IMG/VR virus record: IMGVR_UViG_2852743531_000003
Location: 32,001-96,000 of that record
DNA length: 64,000 bases
Direction: 5' to 3' (one strand)
Origin: a virus
Lineage: Duplodnaviria > Caudoviricetes
The position numbers and the translations under genes were made by a program. The notes under the pieces are model-generated. The model was not told the origin of the DNA. It saw nothing but the letters and a program-made list of their open reading frames with translations, and did no database searches. Of this stretch, positions 1 to 9,934 are shown one piece after another (positions within the stretch are counted from its first letter, which is position 1; each line of letters begins with the position of its first letter).

Positions 1-179
1 ACTATCGCAAGCCCCGGGAGCCAGACACGATGAAACCAGCATTGCCAGGTGAGCGCCGGAGCGCAAGCCAGATGCTTCGGGATCTGATCTACCACTCGCC
101 GCGAGGATGTGGACAAGCGCACATCCGTGAACGGAAAAGGTATCGGCAATGCAATCGCAAGTCTCATGAGTCGACTTCA

Positions 180-707
180 ATGAAACCGCCATACTCGATC
201 TATCACAGAACATCGCCCCAGATTCTTCGCGATCTGGTCTATTTTACCTCCGGTTTTCTTCTGCCAGAACAGGGCGTGATCTATGGGAAGCCTGTAGCTA
301 AAAAGCCCGTTCACGGAGATACGATCAAACGGGATACCGTAATCGAAATAGGGATAGAAAGAGGAGGCGCCTGCAGCCAGCGCATTCGGGGCAGAAGGTC
401 GTTCTGGTACAGGCGGATCGATCTCGGCTTGCTTGATCCTCCAGAAGCAGGTCACGAGCCGATCCCCATAACGGCTTACCCATTTGATACGTATAACATC
501 CTGCCTGCCATCAACGAATACTACGGGCTGAAACTCGGCCAAAACGATGTCGAAAACCGCGTATGCGGGCCAACGGACGTCGCTTACCTAGTAGCCAGCA
601 GCGGATCGCTGGCGTTTTCGGGGTGCAAGGAACTCCAGTTGACCCTGCCGGATATCGCGAGTCTGGTCGATACAGCAAGTATCGGGGAGTTTGAAGCTGC
701 TGCCTGA
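180..707 (+). CDS. putative jumbo-phage virion (tail/baseplate-associated) protein
   Basis: ORF 30..707, likely start MKPPYS at 180. Motifs YRRIDL, ILPAINEYYGLKL and SLAFSG resemble paralogous jumbo-phage virion protein families. Confidence 0.5.
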   Translation: MKPPYSIYHRTSPQILRDLVYFTSGFLLPEQGVIYGKPVAKKPVHGDTIKRDTVIEIGIERGGACSQRIRGRRSFWYRRIDLGLLDPPEAGHEPIPITAYPFDTYNILPAINEYYGLKLGQNDVENRVCGPTDVAYLVASSGSLAFSGCKELQLTLPDIASLVDTASIGEFEAAA

Positions 708-723
708 AGAAGGCGTCTGCCGG

Positions 724-2043
724 TCAGCTTCCCGAACCGGCCTCCGTATTCCATGCGAGATAGCTGGCCGGCACGGCATTGATGAACGCGCTATTGCCGG
801 GATTGAACGTGACCTGATCCGCGACCTGCCAGGTTGACGCGGCCGGAAACACCTGGGCGGCCTGAGCGTTGTGCCGGCAAATGCTCTGGATGGAGATCCC
901 GCCGACGTTGCCAACGGGATTCTGGCTGTTCGGCGCATCGCCGTTCCACTGCTGGGTGATCGGGTTGTAGAACCAGATGAGCGCGTCGGTGAGGTTGACC
1001 GCCATGCCCACCGTGATGCCCTGCGATGGCGGCTGCGCGCCGGTCGAATCCACGACGGCGCCCAGGTAGTAGACGCCGCTCGTGGCCTTGGCCACGTTGG
1101 TGAACATCATGATGCTGTTCGCGTCTGCGCCCAGCTCGCCTACCGGTGCCCCGAACTGGTTAGTGAGACCAAACCCTACAGCCCCCGTCAGACGGTCATA
1201 GGTCGCCTCGGCGTAGAAGTAGCCCGAAACCTGCCCGTAAGTCGTGCGCGCAGTGAGCCATTCGTTCGCGCTCGCCGCCACCGTCATGTTGCTGTTTGCG
1301 AGTTCCATGCCGTCTGGCAGCAATTCGGGATCAAACGTCGCCGTCACTGTCGGCAGGATTTTCGTACCGCCTCCCGTGCCAGGAATATCGCCACCGGGAA
1401 TCGTTCCGTCATCGACCAGACTCTGGATGAACTGCGAGAGCATCGCGATCTGCTGCTGCAGTGTCGCGATCTGGGCGCGCGCTGCGGCCAACTGGGCTGT
1501 AGGCGTGCCCTTGCTACCCATCAGCGCCTCACGGCTCGCGGTGATCGAGGCATCCTCCTGCGGGCTGATCAGGGTCTTCGACGTCACGGCAAGCGATGTC
1601 ACCGCGCCTGGGTGCACACCGATCGCGTCCTGCACTGCGGCGCTCACCTGCGACTTCACGTAGGTCAGGTCGAGCGAATCCGGCAACGCACCGAGATTGA
1701 CGCCAAGCACGATACCCCGATACGGGATGTTGTTCGCGTTAGGCATCTGGCTGATGTACGTGCTCGGTACATACACCCAGTTGCCGCCCGTGGCCTGCAG
1801 TGAAACGATGGCGGCGCCAGCGGCGACATCATTCTGGTAGTCGGTCTGGGTCAGGTCCTGCGGCTGATAGTAGAGCGTAAAGGGATCGCCGCCGGCCGCG
1901 ATAATATCGACAAGCAGGCGTACCGCCACGCAACTGTACGCCAATGCGGGCGAGATCAGCTGGTCGAATGGTGCAACCAGCGACCACAGACCCGATGCAC
2001 CGACGTTCGGATTCAGGGGTGTCGTCATGGCAGGCTGGTTCAC
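724..2043 (-). CDS. phage virion protein with coiled coil and C-terminal SPRY/ConA-like beta domain
   Basis: 439 aa, start overlaps the stop of the upstream gene. Coiled coil LAAARAQIATLQQQIAML, Gly-rich linker, then SGYFYAEAT...VGFGL...TVGMAVNL, a SPRY-like pattern. Confidence 0.55.
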   Translation of the reverse strand: MNQPAMTTPLNPNVGASGLWSLVAPFDQLISPALAYSCVAVRLLVDIIAAGGDPFTLYYQPQDLTQTDYQNDVAAGAAIVSLQATGGNWVYVPSTYISQMPNANNIPYRGIVLGVNLGALPDSLDLTYVKSQVSAAVQDAIGVHPGAVTSLAVTSKTLISPQEDASITASREALMGSKGTPTAQLAAARAQIATLQQQIAMLSQFIQSLVDDGTIPGGDIPGTGGGTKILPTVTATFDPELLPDGMELANSNMTVAASANEWLTARTTYGQVSGYFYAEATYDRLTGAVGFGLTNQFGAPVGELGADANSIMMFTNVAKATSGVYYLGAVVDSTGAQPPSQGITVGMAVNLTDALIWFYNPITQQWNGDAPNSQNPVGNVGGISIQSICRHNAQAAQVFPAASTWQVADQVTFNPGNSAFINAVPASYLAWNTEAGSGS

Positions 2044-3419
2044 GAAGTGAGCGATGCAGTGTCGGCGGGCTGTACGGGAGCCGGCACACCGGGAAGGGGG
2101 AAGTTTGACAGCGTGACCATCAGATAGCTGATGCCCCCATAACTGGAGACGAGATACAGAATATTGTTGCGCACGAGCTTGGTCATGCCTGCCGGGACGC
2201 TACCGAACTGCGTCAGCGTTTCCGCGGTTTTGAGCATGTCAACGAGGAGCAGCAGGAAGTTTTGCGTGTCGACCGCCATGCGGTTGAAATCCACGCTTTG
2301 CGTGGGCACCGAAAGGATATCCGGAAACACGTTCACGATCTGGAATGCGCCGTTCCTGTTATTCGGTGAACCGCAGCTCACGAGCGCTACGCATTTATAC
2401 GGCACGGTCTGCACACACGCGTTCGAATCAATATGATTCGAACCATACGCCGCGACCTGATTGATCATGGCATTGGCACGGCTGAGGTTGGCGACTGGCG
2501 AGTAAATCCCGCGTTGCTGGCTACGATCCGGAATCGCGAACTGGTCCCACATCGGCACGAGAGTGAATTCCGTTCGTCTGAAAATGTCCGGCAGGATCGT
2601 TTCCCAGTCGGCCTGGTCATGCGCGCTGTTGGCCAGAATGAAATTGATGATGGCATTGGCAATCGAGTCGATATTGTTGCCGGCCAGTCCGTAAATCAGG
2701 ATCGTCCAGTTTGTCGGTATCGTATTGGCCGGGTTATTCGGATCGATGTAATTGAAGCTCAGTGCCTCAATCATTGTTTCCGGATTATTGCCTCTGGCCG
2801 CGTTGACCAGCGCAATGGTATCGGTATAGGACTGCGCCGCGACAAGTGCGGCGACGTTGGAGGAGGTCGTGAAAAAGTCATCGAGATTCTGGATCGGCGG
2901 CACGACGAGGATCGTGTAGTCATCGTACTGTGCAGCGAACGCCGCATCGGTGAACCAGATCCGGATGAGGCAGGTGCTACCCGTCGTGATCGAGCCATAA
3001 ACCGGATCCGTGAGGTTTTCCCATTGCAGCCATTCCGGCACCCAGTACGTGCCGTCGGTCACCATGGTGCCGCACGTGAAATTCTGTGCCTCGGTCTGGA
3101 ACTGGCCCAATAACCCGTCGAGCAGGGTTTGTGCCGCGATCTCGCCGGGGTTCGGGATGGCCTGCGTCTGCGCGTACACCCAAGCGGCGAACCGGAGTAC
3201 CTGTGTCGCGATTCCCGGCGGTGGTTGCACCGTGCCGGTGTCGTCCGCGCTGGTAAAGCTCACGAAGAAGAGGTCTGGACTCGACTCCTCAAAAAACATG
3301 GATTTCGTGATCGCGTAGGTACTCGAGAGTTCCGAAAGCGCGCCGATCACGGCAAGCGTGCCCGCAGGAGCGGCGCTCGCGAGCTTCGAATTATTGATGA
3401 AACCTTTGAGCAGATACAT
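2040..3419 (-). CDS. virion structural protein (phiKZ gp157-like)
   Basis: 459 aa. N-terminus MYLLKGF...IGALSELSSTY and WETILPDIFRRTEF resemble the phiKZ-like virion protein located near RNase H. TATG motif upstream. Confidence 0.65.
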   Translation of the reverse strand: MYLLKGFINNSKLASAAPAGTLAVIGALSELSSTYAITKSMFFEESSPDLFFVSFTSADDTGTVQPPPGIATQVLRFAAWVYAQTQAIPNPGEIAAQTLLDGLLGQFQTEAQNFTCGTMVTDGTYWVPEWLQWENLTDPVYGSITTGSTCLIRIWFTDAAFAAQYDDYTILVVPPIQNLDDFFTTSSNVAALVAAQSYTDTIALVNAARGNNPETMIEALSFNYIDPNNPANTIPTNWTILIYGLAGNNIDSIANAIINFILANSAHDQADWETILPDIFRRTEFTLVPMWDQFAIPDRSQQRGIYSPVANLSRANAMINQVAAYGSNHIDSNACVQTVPYKCVALVSCGSPNNRNGAFQIVNVFPDILSVPTQSVDFNRMAVDTQNFLLLLVDMLKTAETLTQFGSVPAGMTKLVRNNILYLVSSYGGISYLMVTLSNFPLPGVPAPVQPADTASLTS

Positions 3420-3510
3420 CGCGTTCGCGCTCCCGCCAGAGTGTCGTTAATGAGGCAAAAGGGGCATCCAGCGTCCCGCCTTTCCAGGACCATAAAATTC
3501 GAGGTGCTGC

Positions 3511-3900
3511 ATGCCTGTTTTCCAGTACGTCACAAAGCTGTTCACCGTGACATGGTCAGTCGTGCGGGAGATGGTGCTCAACGACCAGCCTTTCACACAG
3601 GTTCTCAGGGGCAACCGGCGACGTGCGATCTTCAGCGTCCTCGTGATGTCGAGCTTTATTTTCAGCGTGGTCAGTCTCGGCGCGGACGCGAGATTCGTGT
3701 CCATCCTGATCAGTTATGTACGACTGCAGCGTCAGTATCAGGAACTCGCAACGCAGTACAGGGAGCATGACGGGGAACACGCTTCAGATCATCGCGCCGC
3801 GGACGCTGGTCACGAGGCCGCGGCTTCCGCATCCGCGGCGCAATCCGATCCGGTCGACCGGCTACGCGCGGCGCTCACCGACTGGGAACCTGACAACTGA
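3511..3900 (+). CDS. membrane-anchored coiled-coil protein, candidate inner-membrane spanin
   Basis: 129 aa. Basic RRR, then hydrophobic AIFSVLVMSSFIFSVVSL, then helical LQRQYQELATQY. Lies directly upstream of a lipoprotein gene. Confidence 0.45.
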   Translation: MPVFQYVTKLFTVTWSVVREMVLNDQPFTQVLRGNRRRAIFSVLVMSSFIFSVVSLGADARFVSILISYVRLQRQYQELATQYREHDGEHASDHRAADAGHEAAASASAAQSDPVDRLRAALTDWEPDN

Positions 3901-3914
3901 CGATAGGTCCGACC

Positions 3915-4403
3915 ATGCTCCAGTACGGATGGATTCTCCCGGGCATCACGCTTGCCCTGCTACCAGGTTGCATCACGATCAATCCTGTCAGCACAGCACC
4001 TCCCTCCTCCGCTCCCACCGTGCTCTATGTTTTCACGCTGCCATCACCCGCGAATAATGCCGAGCACCCCGCCATCCGTCCTCCAGAAGTGCCGGAAACG
4101 CACCGCGCCACATCGACGCACACGCCGCCAGGAGCACCGGCGAGCTCACAGACCAACCATGAGGCCCACGAGGGCATCAATGCGCAGGACGTCTGTACCC
4201 GCTTTGTCATGCCCGATCTCCCGGCCGTACCCAAAGCGCCACTCAAGGAACTCGACGCGGTCCTTCCCGGCGATACCGCGTCGGCGCTCGCCATTTCCGA
4301 CCGGCACATCATCGACCTGCATCATTACATCGTCCGCCTGAAGCGCTCGCTGGACACCGCATATCAGGATTACCTGCATCGCTGCCGCGTCACCGCACCG
4401 TAA
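3915..4403 (+). CDS. lipoprotein, candidate outer-membrane spanin
   Basis: 162 aa. Hydrophobic signal ending in lipobox-like LLPG-C, Pro-rich linker, C-terminal region with two Cys. Confidence 0.5.
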   Translation: MLQYGWILPGITLALLPGCITINPVSTAPPSSAPTVLYVFTLPSPANNAEHPAIRPPEVPETHRATSTHTPPGAPASSQTNHEAHEGINAQDVCTRFVMPDLPAVPKAPLKELDAVLPGDTASALAISDRHIIDLHHYIVRLKRSLDTAYQDYLHRCRVTAP

Positions 4404-4454
4404 AACGTTACCGGCTCCTTCCATCGTGTGGTCCGGACTTGATGGGGAGGCGTG

Positions 4455-6059
4455 ATGTACGCAGAAGACGGGTTTCTCGAGAAGGAAGCCAGGGACGCAG
4501 ACGCGGCAGACACGCCCCCGGTCAATTCGTCCAGTCGTCCCGCAGATGACGTCCCGGACAGGCTTGCGAGTGAGGTAACGACCGGTCTCGTTCTGTATAC
4601 GGACGCTGGCAGCAACCCGAATCCGGGGCCAACGGGATGGGGGGTCCACGGCTACCTCTACGCCGACTCCGCGCCGTCGAAAGGCAGCGGCAACAGCCGC
4701 TGGCTGCTCACCCGCAAGGGCTACGTCGAAAAGTACGATGCCGCGAAGCGCGTCGGTCTCACTGAAGTCACGCCGATCCACTATGTCGACGGCTACGGCT
4801 CCATGCTCATCACTGGCGAGCGCAGACCCAGCAACGACATCGGCGAGCTGACGGCCGCCGCGCGCGCGCTCGAGTATGCCCAGGACTTTGACGTGAAGCG
4901 CGTTGTCATCAGGGTTGATAGTGAATATGTACGCCGGGGAATGGAAAGCTGGGTTGACACGTGGGAGAAGAATGGCTGGATCAGACGCGGCGGCAGGCCC
5001 GTTTCCAATGTGGAACTCTGGAAGGAGTTGACCGCTGCGAGAACGCGCCTTCTGGAACGTGGCGTGGACGTCAGGTTCATCTGGGTCAAAGCCCATAGTC
5101 ATCATCTGGGCAACGTGCTGGCCGACAAGCTCGCCACGATCGGCATTGCGCTGTCCGCCCAGGGACTTCCCAGAAACGAGATAAGCTCGGCAGCCGCACA
5201 GGGATACTGGAAATACGATACCGGCCGTCATCCGATGCTCGCCAACCGGTGTCTGTACTTCAACAGCGTGGCACAGTACCAGCAGCCTGGCGTCTACTAT
5301 CTCGGAGATCATGGCAAGGAAGACGAGCTGCTCGGCAAGCGCATCAGCGACGGCGCGCATACGGTCACGAGACTCAGCGCACCCGATCCGGCAATCGAGC
5401 TCATCCGCAACTACACCACGGAACTGGCGGCCGGCCTCGACTCGATCATCATTGTGCGTCTGGACCAGCTTTTCAGTCCCACTACCCACCGCGAACTGAT
5501 TACCTGGGGCACAGCTGCCCTGCTGAGGCCTAACACATGGAGGCTGGACCTGAACTGCCTCGATGAAGAGCCCGGCGGCCATACCCACAAGCCGCTGTCG
5601 CGGGAATGCCGGCCGCCGCGCATCGCCATGCGTGCGATCGAAGCGATATCCGGCCTCATTGAGCGTCTGCGCCTGTATGAAGCGCATGATGCGTCCATCA
5701 CCACCACAGACCTTACCGGCCATCTCTACGAAACGAAGGAAAAACCCGCTGCGAAAAAAGGAGAGCCACAGGTCGTTATGGAATTGCGGCCAGAGTATGG
5801 CGTCGGCTTTGCCTCGATGAGCGTTTGCGCAAATTATCACGCAGCCGACAGCGTAGCTTCGATTCCCCTGACCCTGACGCTTGGCATCGACCTGCTCAAT
5901 CGCAACTCGCTCAAGCGTCTGGAGAAGTCCAGCCCCACGGTAACGCTGATCACATGGCCCGAATCAGGGCGATCCTTCCGGTATGCGACGGTGGTCAAGG
6001 CGGGCGAGGACATCTGCATCAGCGCCGGCACGTATTCGAACCTGCGGGTGATCCCCTGA
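4455..6059 (+). CDS. ribonuclease H (RNase HI fold) with long C-terminal domain, phiKZ gp155-like
   Basis: LYTDAGSNPNPGPTGWG, NDIGELTAA, VDSEYV, NVELW and WVKAHSHHLGNVLADKLA match RNase HI catalytic motifs. GGAGG RBS upstream. Confidence 0.9.
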   Translation: MYAEDGFLEKEARDADAADTPPVNSSSRPADDVPDRLASEVTTGLVLYTDAGSNPNPGPTGWGVHGYLYADSAPSKGSGNSRWLLTRKGYVEKYDAAKRVGLTEVTPIHYVDGYGSMLITGERRPSNDIGELTAAARALEYAQDFDVKRVVIRVDSEYVRRGMESWVDTWEKNGWIRRGGRPVSNVELWKELTAARTRLLERGVDVRFIWVKAHSHHLGNVLADKLATIGIALSAQGLPRNEISSAAAQGYWKYDTGRHPMLANRCLYFNSVAQYQQPGVYYLGDHGKEDELLGKRISDGAHTVTRLSAPDPAIELIRNYTTELAAGLDSIIIVRLDQLFSPTTHRELITWGTAALLRPNTWRLDLNCLDEEPGGHTHKPLSRECRPPRIAMRAIEAISGLIERLRLYEAHDASITTTDLTGHLYETKEKPAAKKGEPQVVMELRPEYGVGFASMSVCANYHAADSVASIPLTLTLGIDLLNRNSLKRLEKSSPTVTLITWPESGRSFRYATVVKAGEDICISAGTYSNLRVIP

Positions 6060-6111
6060 TTCTCAATGCCCCGGCGTACGGCTCTGATGCCCGCCGCTGC
6101 ACGCGTGACGG

Positions 6112-6798
6112 TTAGTCCTGCCGGAACTGCGCATCACTCAGACGCTCGGCCTTGACGTAGTGAACGTGCCAGTACGGATCGTCCAGTCTTTCAACGCGCA
6201 CATGACCGCCGGACGACGGCGCGTGAACGAACTTTCCGTGGCCGAGGTATAGACCCACGTGGGAAATCCCCCGTCCGTAGGTATGAAAGAAGACGAGATC
6301 ACCCAGCTTCAGGTTACTGCGCCCGACCTGCTGTCCCGCTGTCGCCTGGCTCGCCGCCGTACGGCCAAGCTGCAGCCCGGCCGCATGGCGCATCACGTAC
6401 TGCACAAAGCCGCTGCAATCGAATCCGCTCAATGGAGAACTTCCGCCATACCGATACCGCACACCGACGAGGCTCATAGCTTTTTCCTGCACCCGCTCGA
6501 GCGCCGTGGTGGACTCATCGGCCACCTCAGTCTGCGGCTCGGCGGTTGCCACTGGACTTGACCCCATGTCCTGTACAACGAGAGGCGTCGAATCCTCGTC
6601 GGGGGAGTGGACAAAACCCCGCTTTGGCTGCGGGTGCGCGTCGAGCGCAACGCGCCGGTGTCCCGGCTCACGATGCAGGTTGTGCGGGCGGTGATGCGCC
6701 CAGGCAGGTGCGGCCGTCGTGGCTGCTGCCGTGACAACAATAGCCGCGCCGGCTTTCGAAATAAATTTTGCCGTATTACCTGGAAGAGTCAGCCGCAT
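6112..6798 (-). CDS. NlpC/P60 (C40) peptidoglycan endopeptidase with signal peptide
   Basis: YRYGGSSPLSGFDCSGF, GDLVFF, SHVGLYLG and FVHAPSSG give the Cys-His-His triad. Ala-rich signal ending AWA. Confidence 0.9.
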   Translation of the reverse strand: MRLTLPGNTAKFISKAGAAIVVTAAATTAAPAWAHHRPHNLHREPGHRRVALDAHPQPKRGFVHSPDEDSTPLVVQDMGSSPVATAEPQTEVADESTTALERVQEKAMSLVGVRYRYGGSSPLSGFDCSGFVQYVMRHAAGLQLGRTAASQATAGQQVGRSNLKLGDLVFFHTYGRGISHVGLYLGHGKFVHAPSSGGHVRVERLDDPYWHVHYVKAERLSDAQFRQD

Positions 6799-6992
6799 GG
6801 ATGCCGTGGCCCATAGGGCCGGAAATCACGGCTGGTCATCTCGCAGCTCGACCGGAGTGTTAGCCAGTCCGCCAGATTCCAAGGCAAGAGCAATCAGCAC
6901 GTCATGAAAGGAAGCTCGCGAGAATAACAGGCATATTTTTGCGATACCGTGTCATGACCTTATTTAACAAAAATGGTTCGATTACCGGATTG

Positions 6993-7826
6993 CTACCGGC
7001 TCGCCTGCTCCTTGCCAACAAACGCCCGGAGCACGACCTCGGCACTGAAGTCCACAGCCGTCACGAACGTCTGCACCTTGTACCAGACGGCGCTGTACAT
7101 CTCGAGCTGCGAGGCCATCTGGAATGCCCCTTCCGAGAGCTCCGTCACGATCCCGGGTGAGACGCCCTCCAGCTCCTCCCGGACAATCTTCTTTTCGATC
7201 ACGTCGAGCAGGTGCACCGATTCCGCGATCTTCTTCGTGATGATCGAGCGATCGACCCGGTTAATATCCGCTGTGAGCCTGTTGGCGACCTCGAACACGG
7301 TCTTCCAGTCAGCATTGCGCGAGACGACGTCCGCATAGGTGCGCTCCGTCCTCGTCGATCCCGTCTGGTAGCACTGTCCGAGCTTCTGGTTGTCGTCCTC
7401 ACGCTGGCGCTGCAGTTCCCTGTAGTAGGCGGGGTCGTACTCCGCGCTGTACTGGAATTCGTGGCTTGTCACGAGCCTGCCAAGAAAGAGCGTATAGCGC
7501 GAAAGCTCTTCATTGATCTGCGCCGCGTGAGATACGGCATCCGATAGTGCTTCCGCATAGACCAGATACGGTACCTTCAGTCCCTGGGGGACGCGCGCCG
7601 GCAGTGGCGAAAGCGTGACGTAGTTGTGTCCCGCGAGCAGCCCGAGAAACGTCTTCTGGTCTGCGCTCAGGACTACCGGACGATCATCGGGTGAGATGAG
7701 CCCCGCCAGATCCTCAAAGCCCTTCCTGATGGCCGGAAAGGCCCGGCGCAGCAATCCGGCGATATCCTGAAGGGCAAATGCCTCCAGCGCCACCACCTTG
7801 CGCTGGTTCTTGAGCAGGGTCGTCAT
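6993..7826 (-). CDS. virion head protein (phiKZ gp153-like)
   Basis: 277 aa helical protein divergent from UvsX. N-terminal VALE/AF matches the S/A/G-X-E prohead protease site. TATG motif upstream. Confidence 0.6.
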   Translation of the reverse strand: MTTLLKNQRKVVALEAFALQDIAGLLRRAFPAIRKGFEDLAGLISPDDRPVVLSADQKTFLGLLAGHNYVTLSPLPARVPQGLKVPYLVYAEALSDAVSHAAQINEELSRYTLFLGRLVTSHEFQYSAEYDPAYYRELQRQREDDNQKLGQCYQTGSTRTERTYADVVSRNADWKTVFEVANRLTADINRVDRSIITKKIAESVHLLDVIEKKIVREELEGVSPGIVTELSEGAFQMASQLEMYSAVWYKVQTFVTAVDFSAEVVLRAFVGKEQASR

Positions 7827-7935
7827 GGTCTGTGTCCCCTCATGCGGGCGCCCGGCGGGCGGTCATAAAATCTAACTTTCGAAGATCATCATCTGTAAGC
7901 AGTCCAGATCAGTTTGCAATTGACACGGAGGCGAG

Positions 7936-9450
7936 ATGACCCAGGACATTGATCTTCGGTCGAGGATGACGCCTGCGCCCAACGTCAAGCTCATGATCAA
8001 TCTCGGCGCGTGTCTGGACATCCCGACCGGGCACTACATCGAGGGACGACGCGGCGAATCGATCCTCAATGGCGGACTCGGATTTATCACCGGCATCGTT
8101 GGCATCGGCAACAACTTCAAATCGACGATCGAGCGCTTCATGATGCTCACCGCCATGGCGCGCATGATGCATTCCACCGCCAAGACCTATGACACCGAGA
8201 CCAACATTCATGAAGAGCATCAGGTCAAGGTTGCCGCGAATATCGGCGATTTTCATGACGAAAACATTCTGCGCAACGGCCGCTGGATCATTACCGACAA
8301 AACTGTCTATGTGGGCGACGAGTGGTATCGCATTCACAAGGAGGAACTGGAGGAGAAGGGAAAGCGCCGTGACATCGCTGTGAACACGCCGCACTGGAAC
8401 CGCGAGCATTCCGGCCCCTTCCGGATGCTCATCCCGACCTTCACGGAAATTGATTCCTTCAGTGAATTCGAGACCAGCAACATCATCGAGATGCAGGACG
8501 ATATCGAACTCGGCGAGGCGAAGGGCAATACCATCGACATGCAGCAGGGGCGCGTGAAGAACCGCATCCTGATGGAAGTGCCGCGCACCCATACCAGTGT
8601 CTACGACTATCTTCTGATGACGGCCCATATCGGCAAGGTGATCGACCTGGGCGGGCCACCCGGTGCTGGCGTTCAATCCAGCATGCTCAAGTATCTGCGC
8701 AACGGCGACAAGATCAAGGGCGTACCGGCCAAGTTCACATTCCTCACGCACAACTGCTGGCACGCATTCAGTGCCGCGCCCCTGCTGAACCAGGGAACGA
8801 AAGGGCCGGAGTATCCGCGCAACAGCAGCGATGACATGGCGCACGATACCGACCTGAATGCCGTACAGATCCGTAACCTGCGCGGCAAAGCCGGGCCGTC
8901 GGGCATGCCCGTCACCCTCATCGTGTCGCAGGCCGACGGCGTGCTGCCGTCGCTGACCGAGTTTCATCACATCCGGGAAAACGCCCGCTATGGGCTGGAA
9001 GGCAGCAACACCAGCTATGCGCTCGCGCTCTACCCCGACGTGAAGCTGCAACGCACCTCCGTGCGCGCCCGGATCGATGCCGATCCTCTTTTGCGGCGGG
9101 CGCTTGCGATCACTTCGGAGATGTGCCAGATGGGCTATCTCTGGCACTCCCAGCCGGAAAAGTACCGCATTGGTCCGAAAGCGCTGTATGAGAACCTGAA
9201 GTCGCAGGGCTACGACTGGACGGTTTTGCTGACCACACGCGGGTGGTGGACCCATGAACCGGGGGAAGCACGGGAGCTCCCCTACCTCTCGACGATGGAT
9301 CTGCTCCGCATGAGCCTGCCCGTTGGCGATCCCAAACGTTACGTGCCGTACTGGCTCGAGGAGGACAGGAAGACTGTCAGGCCGCGATACCAGGCATGCA
9401 TGGAACAGTACCGCGCACGGGACGCAGAACGCGCAACCGTGCATGCGTGA
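7936..9450 (+). CDS. uvsX: UvsX/RecA-like recombinase ATPase (phiKZ gp152-like)
   Basis: Walker A GIGNNFKST, YDTE, Walker B-like EIDSFS, RGKAGPSG. GGAGG RBS upstream. Confidence 0.8.
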   Translation: MTQDIDLRSRMTPAPNVKLMINLGACLDIPTGHYIEGRRGESILNGGLGFITGIVGIGNNFKSTIERFMMLTAMARMMHSTAKTYDTETNIHEEHQVKVAANIGDFHDENILRNGRWIITDKTVYVGDEWYRIHKEELEEKGKRRDIAVNTPHWNREHSGPFRMLIPTFTEIDSFSEFETSNIIEMQDDIELGEAKGNTIDMQQGRVKNRILMEVPRTHTSVYDYLLMTAHIGKVIDLGGPPGAGVQSSMLKYLRNGDKIKGVPAKFTFLTHNCWHAFSAAPLLNQGTKGPEYPRNSSDDMAHDTDLNAVQIRNLRGKAGPSGMPVTLIVSQADGVLPSLTEFHHIRENARYGLEGSNTSYALALYPDVKLQRTSVRARIDADPLLRRALAITSEMCQMGYLWHSQPEKYRIGPKALYENLKSQGYDWTVLLTTRGWWTHEPGEARELPYLSTMDLLRMSLPVGDPKRYVPYWLEEDRKTVRPRYQACMEQYRARDAERATVHA

Positions 9451-9476
9451 TGGACGTGCCTGGAATGCACGCGCGG

Positions 9477-9491
9477 TGAAACCTATATTAC
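9477..9491 (+). promoter_or_regulatory. phiKZ-type early promoter (TGAAACCTATATTAC)
   Basis: Exact TATATTAC at 9484-9491, 21 nt before ORF 9513. 13/15 identical to the copy at 45367. Confidence 0.6.
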
Positions 9492-9512
9492 TTACTGGAC
9501 AGAGCGCTCATC

Positions 9513-9869
9513 ATGAGTCACCCGATCGACACCTCCGGCGGGCCTGAACCCATGCCGGCTGCGCCAGACAATCTTGCTGCTTTTGTGACCGGCCTGCTGG
9601 CCGAAAACCTTCATCCGGAGCCACAGGCCTGGCTGAGATTTCTCCAGTCAGGGGTCGATACGCTATCTGACCCCCACTATCAGCGCTTCGCCATCAATCG
9701 TGCGTGGCGCGTTATCTTCGCCAAACTGAATCAACGTGAACGTATCGACACCATCGACGTGCGGTACTGCCTGGTAGACAAGGAAGGGAGTATTCAGGAT
9801 TGGAAAAAACTTTTCGAAACGGGCGTGCTGCCGTTCATTCTGGAGCATCAGCTTCCCGGCTCGCTTTGA
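9513..9869 (+). CDS. hypothetical phage protein
   Basis: 118 aa globular-looking ORF downstream of an early promoter motif. Confidence 0.65.
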   Translation: MSHPIDTSGGPEPMPAAPDNLAAFVTGLLAENLHPEPQAWLRFLQSGVDTLSDPHYQRFAINRAWRVIFAKLNQRERIDTIDVRYCLVDKEGSIQDWKKLFETGVLPFILEHQLPGSL

Positions 9870-9934
9870 GCTCCCGGGTTGCTCCCCGGTTGCCGCCGCC
9901 GGCGCCGTCCCGGCTGACCGCCCTGCCGCCCCTG

